A stretch of DNA of 64,000 nt. It comes from Eledone cirrhosa. Its lineage: Eukaryota. The position numbers and the translations under genes were made by a program. The notes below the pieces were generated by a model, which worked only from the letters and a program-made list of their open reading frames with translations, made no database searches and was not told the DNA's origin. Shown here one piece after another: positions 59,994-64,000 of this stretch (its first letter is position 1; the number at the start of each line of letters is the position of its first letter). Where the stretch lies: the NCBI GenBank assembly GCA_964016885.1, contig OZ024742.1:248496001-248560000 (forward strand), given 5' to 3'.

Positions 59994-59999
<6 letters not shown>

Positions 60000-60277
60000 A
60001 GATTTGAATGGATACAGTTTAGTTGAAAGGAATTTATTGACACGTGTTTCGATAACAGTTACATAACCTAAAACAGCTGCTATCTAGCTGTTTTAGGTTA
60101 TGTAACTGTTATAGAAACACGTGTCAATAAATTCCTTTCAACTAAACTGTATCCATTCAAATCTTTCTATTTTTCTCCGGATTACTTTTGGAACTACAAC
60201 TGGAACCGTCGAGCAAACTCTACGTGAGCTGATAATCTACTGTGTGTAATATTTATATTACAACACAACGGAAACTA

Positions 60278-60280
<3 letters not shown>
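59994..60280 (+). mobile_element. (TA)n-flanked element with 177-bp fold-back and mirrored half hammerheads
   Basis: Palindrome 59994-60170; each arm reads GAAA-CACGTG-TC-AATAAA; the right arm continues to (TA)n at 60281. Confidence 0.75.
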
Positions 60281-60313
<33 letters not shown>

Positions 60314-60414
60314 ATTAAGTCAAGTATGTAAAATTTGGCTTCCGAATTGGTGTGGGAAAGACAGGTACACATATATCCAGCTCCTGGTTATGTTGTTATT
60401 CCTGGAATGATATT

Positions 60415-60463
<49 letters not shown>

Positions 60464-61374
60464 GAAATGTTATATTAGTGTTTACAAATATCCGGGTAAA
60501 CTTTTTAGAAGCCCGATACTAATTAATATCCTTGGTCAATTGGTAATCCAAAAAGCTGGATGATTGTCAACCTCCGTAGACTAGGTTATAGACTTTTATG
60601 GTACGAAATGAAGAGCTCACAATTCAGATAGTATAACAATGGCTAACCAGTTAGGATTTACAACATTATTTTACACTACGAATGTTTCAATGTAGGATGG
60701 CGTCACAGTAGATATTCTGAGGACCGGCCCGTTGCTCTATATATCAACAGGAGCATAGATGTTGAAATCGTTCAAATACAAAAAGCAAAAGGTGACATTA
60801 TAGTACAGGTCAGAATCATAAAGCAAAAAGCAAAAACCATGATGTCTTTTGTTAATACTTTAAAACGCGACTAACAGTGTGCTTAGAAATAGAAGAAGCA
60901 GTGAGATAAACAAATAAGAATAGAAAATAAAAAAATATCAAATTTCAATACTCCATTGTATGAATCTAAATGTTACATTTAGACTATATATTCAGAACAT
61001 AGCTAATTAGCTTGGGAGAGGGGTTGTTACAAGCCTAAAGCGTTAAGCGGTTTTTATTTAAAAAAAAAAAAACTTAATAAGGATCAGTGGTTAGGAGCTT
61101 CCATAGATGCAGAGAATCAAAAACATGGGATGTTTATGTAAACAAACACAAGAATTTTAAGATAAAGGAAAGAAGGAAGAAACGGAAGCAAATGGTAAAC
61201 TTTGTACGTGCAATAATTGGTTAATGAATATACAGATGTAGGCGAGGTGTACGAACACAAAAAGGGTTACATAAAGCCCAACTCTTCACAAGAGCGAGGA
61301 ATTATCCGTTAAAACAAAGTGGATAGATTAAATAGTAAGATTATCCAGTGTTCAGATAAACTTTAGTTGTGTAA

Positions 61375-61883
61375 TCATAATATAATAAAGGGAGGAGTGC
61401 GGGACTCCGTCCTGAATATATTTTTTTTATCCCGTTTTTAAAATAAGCTGGATTACTTTGAATAAATAATGAATGAATATTACATAATCTATGTATTAAA
61501 TTTCGTAACTCTTTATTTAATATAAATAAGTTTATTACTCATTTCGAGATTCACTTCTTTAAAATTTTCAAATGTCAACACTTCCGGTTAGCGTCCGTTA
61601 TATTCTAACATTTATTACATCGCTTATATAAATGTTCATGTATTTGCTTCGTTATATAAAGTTTATATTTCTGTCGCTAATTCTCTCCTATTTCGTTTTC
61701 ATGAAATTTCGCCGTAATGCAGTTTATATATAGTATCCTCTTTTTTAAATATATCATGGATTACTTTACTGATTACGAAAGAGAGTGTAACATAGCCTCT
61801 CTTCAATTTCTGTGTATATTCTCAATTATGATTTTATTTGATGTATGATATCTAAATGCATATATATTTGGTTTTTCTGCTAA
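61375..61883 (+). mobile_element. Non-autonomous Helitron-like element (homologue of 6516-6974)
   Basis: A|TC..TATAATAAAG start; shared internal blocks; ends GGTTTTTCTGCTAA|T. Confidence 0.65.
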
Positions 61884-62364
61884 TACATGTTAATAAATAT
61901 TACCTCACTGATTGTTAAGAGAGAGCAGGAAACTAAATATATATACTTATATATACCTATTGTGGAAGTACTTCCAAACAGTTCCATGGACTGAGTGCTA
62001 TCCTACTACGGATATAACCCACCAGTTTTCTACTATATATATATATATCCAGGGAGTGTGACCTGAAGTTACTTTAGGTTCACCCACGTGAGCACTCGAT
62101 GTTTAGTTTCACGTCTGTAGAGAGATGTAGAGCTAGACAGAGTGTAAATATAATAATACATGGACAATTTGTTTAGCATGCATTCCGTTTCTTGATTGGT
62201 GACGCATGTTTCGCTATTGTCATTAGAACAGAAGAGGTCCGACGACCTTTTGATTCCAGAGTCGGGCCAGAGCGATACAGATCGAACCTTGGCGAAACGC
62301 GCGTAACCAATCAATAATTGTAATGAAGGTTTGAAAAATCTTTCTTATATTATTATTATATATG

Positions 62365-62550
62365 CAGTGGATTTGCAGTATCGATAGAGGGTCGGACGCC
62401 ATAAAGTTACCTCAAGCATAAAGTTACCTCCCTTTACGATCTGACTTCAAATCCCGCCGAGGTTAATTTTGTCTTTCACCCTTACGGGGTCGATAAAATA
62501 AAGTACCAGTAACGTACTGGGATAATTGCTGGCCCTGTGCCGAAAGTAGA

Positions 62551-62553
<3 letters not shown>
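62365..62553 (+). mobile_element. SINE
   Basis: Matches the SINE consensus, with a small internal duplication. Confidence 0.85.
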
Positions 62554-62589
<36 letters not shown>

Positions 62590-63324
62590 TGTGTGTGTTC
62601 GGTACTACATTTATCCGTGTGAGTGTAGGATAGGTGATCAATGCACTCATCTGATTGATTTTCGTTAATATATTAAATTGCTATCACCTATGATTCCATC
62701 CGTTATAATTGACCAATCCTCTTTTTCCCCAAATGGTTACTTTATTAATCAATAAGTAAATAAATACATAAATATCTTCCTCAACTCTCATTGTGTTTAG
62801 GACGGATGAAATGCTATATATGTTATATAACAGACATCTAATCAGAGGTTTATTAGATCCCAACCGTATTTGAAACAGCAACTCTAAACTATTAAGTATG
62901 TATTGCAATCACAAAACAGTGACTGATTAAATATGACGAAATAAACGCTTTTGTTTTCATTTTTCTTAATGACTTAATCGGTGAAGTGTGCGAAGCCACC
63001 ATTACGCCATGTCTCTATGTACAGCTTCCGACATAAGTAGATCGGTAAGATGAATGTATTATTGTAGCGCAGACTCGGACTAAATTAATCTAAGTGCGAA
63101 CATGAGCCTCGTTCTGGTGTGAAACATGGCGTTGAATTATATCTACATCATATCACGATGTACAGGATGTGAGGAACAGTACCATCGATTTGGTGAGCAT
63201 GATGCTACGATGCAAATTTCGTAACATCACAAACATATTTGTGACATGATTTTGTCTTGGTACTACCAAGACAACATCAGAAACAATTCTTACAAACCTA
63301 CCAACTTGGTAGGTTTGTAAGAAT

Positions 63325-63520
63325 TGTTTCTACTTTTGGCACAAGGCCAGTAATTATGCAAGTGCATTACTGTTACTTTATGTTATCGACCTCGTAAGGA
63401 TTAAAGGCAAAGTTAACCACCTGCGGGATTTGAACTCATACCATAAAAGGCTGTAACTCTTAGCTGCAAAGCATGGCGTCCGTCCCACTACCGATACTAC
63501 CAATCAAACCTACTTACTGT
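63325..63520 (-). mobile_element. SINE with 15-bp TSD
   Basis: TAGGTTTGTAAGAAT at 63310-63324 and 63521-63535. Confidence 0.85.
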
Positions 63521-64000
63521 TAGGTTTGTAAGAATGGGCAGATATTATGAGCTTATCAAGCTCCGAGACCGGAGACATCGATGATGTTTATATTCCGCTT
63601 CAATTTTGGAAAGATATAAGATGAGAGTTCCATGTGTTAGCGAGTGGCAATTATCTGAATAGGAACGAGAGGACTTAATAATTATAGTAGCGGCCAGTAC
63701 AAACGTGGTTACTTTAAAGTTGGGCACACCATACCTTATGAGAGTTGATGGGCATTAAGTGACAGATTTGAAGTGGGCCTGACTTCACTGTTACCAAATG
63801 TGTGTTTTCTTCAAAAGGTAATTGCCAAAAACAAATGCCAGATTCATTGTTATCCAGTTTTTCTAATATATTCCTCAAACTTATTTTCTATATTTATCGG
63901 TCCCAATAACTTACTCCATCAGTTACCATGTTTATAAAAGATACATTATTTATGACTTTCAATTAATTTTGAAAGTAATAAAGAAATATAGGGATTTATT

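Noticed and set aside
63715-63870. Minus-strand LEKLD..SG..FWQLPFEE as a Gypsy RT remnant
   Set aside because: Too short and divergent to call.

Overview
AT-rich, repeat-dominated metazoan DNA with no confidently identifiable host gene. The dense (TA)n/(TAA)n microsatellites and the tRNA-derived SINE suggest an octopus genome (inference). Most ORF-track entries are microsatellite artefacts (YIYI, SLSL, poly-I). Mobile elements present: a tandem stack of R4/Dong-clade RLE retrotransposons in (TAA)n (10.1-18.3 kb; a second family at 21.9-24.5 kb), several decayed Tx1/L1-like LINEs, CR1- and RTE-like fragments, a DD37D maT DNA transposon with TIRs and TA duplication, three non-autonomous Helitron-like elements, about 15 SINE copies, and Penelope-like (GIY-YIG) remnants. 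The main hidden signal is that many short inserts lying between (TA)n tracts carry type I hammerhead ribozyme motifs (stem I-CUGANGA-stem II-GAAA-stem III-NUH-stem I), often with palindromic stem III. I found 14 complete or near-complete motifs from several sequence families. Some have very long stem II domains, and many sit in fold-back palindromes, several of which are centred on the ribozyme's own stem II. All structures were folded by eye and are untested; element boundaries are approximate unless stated otherwise.
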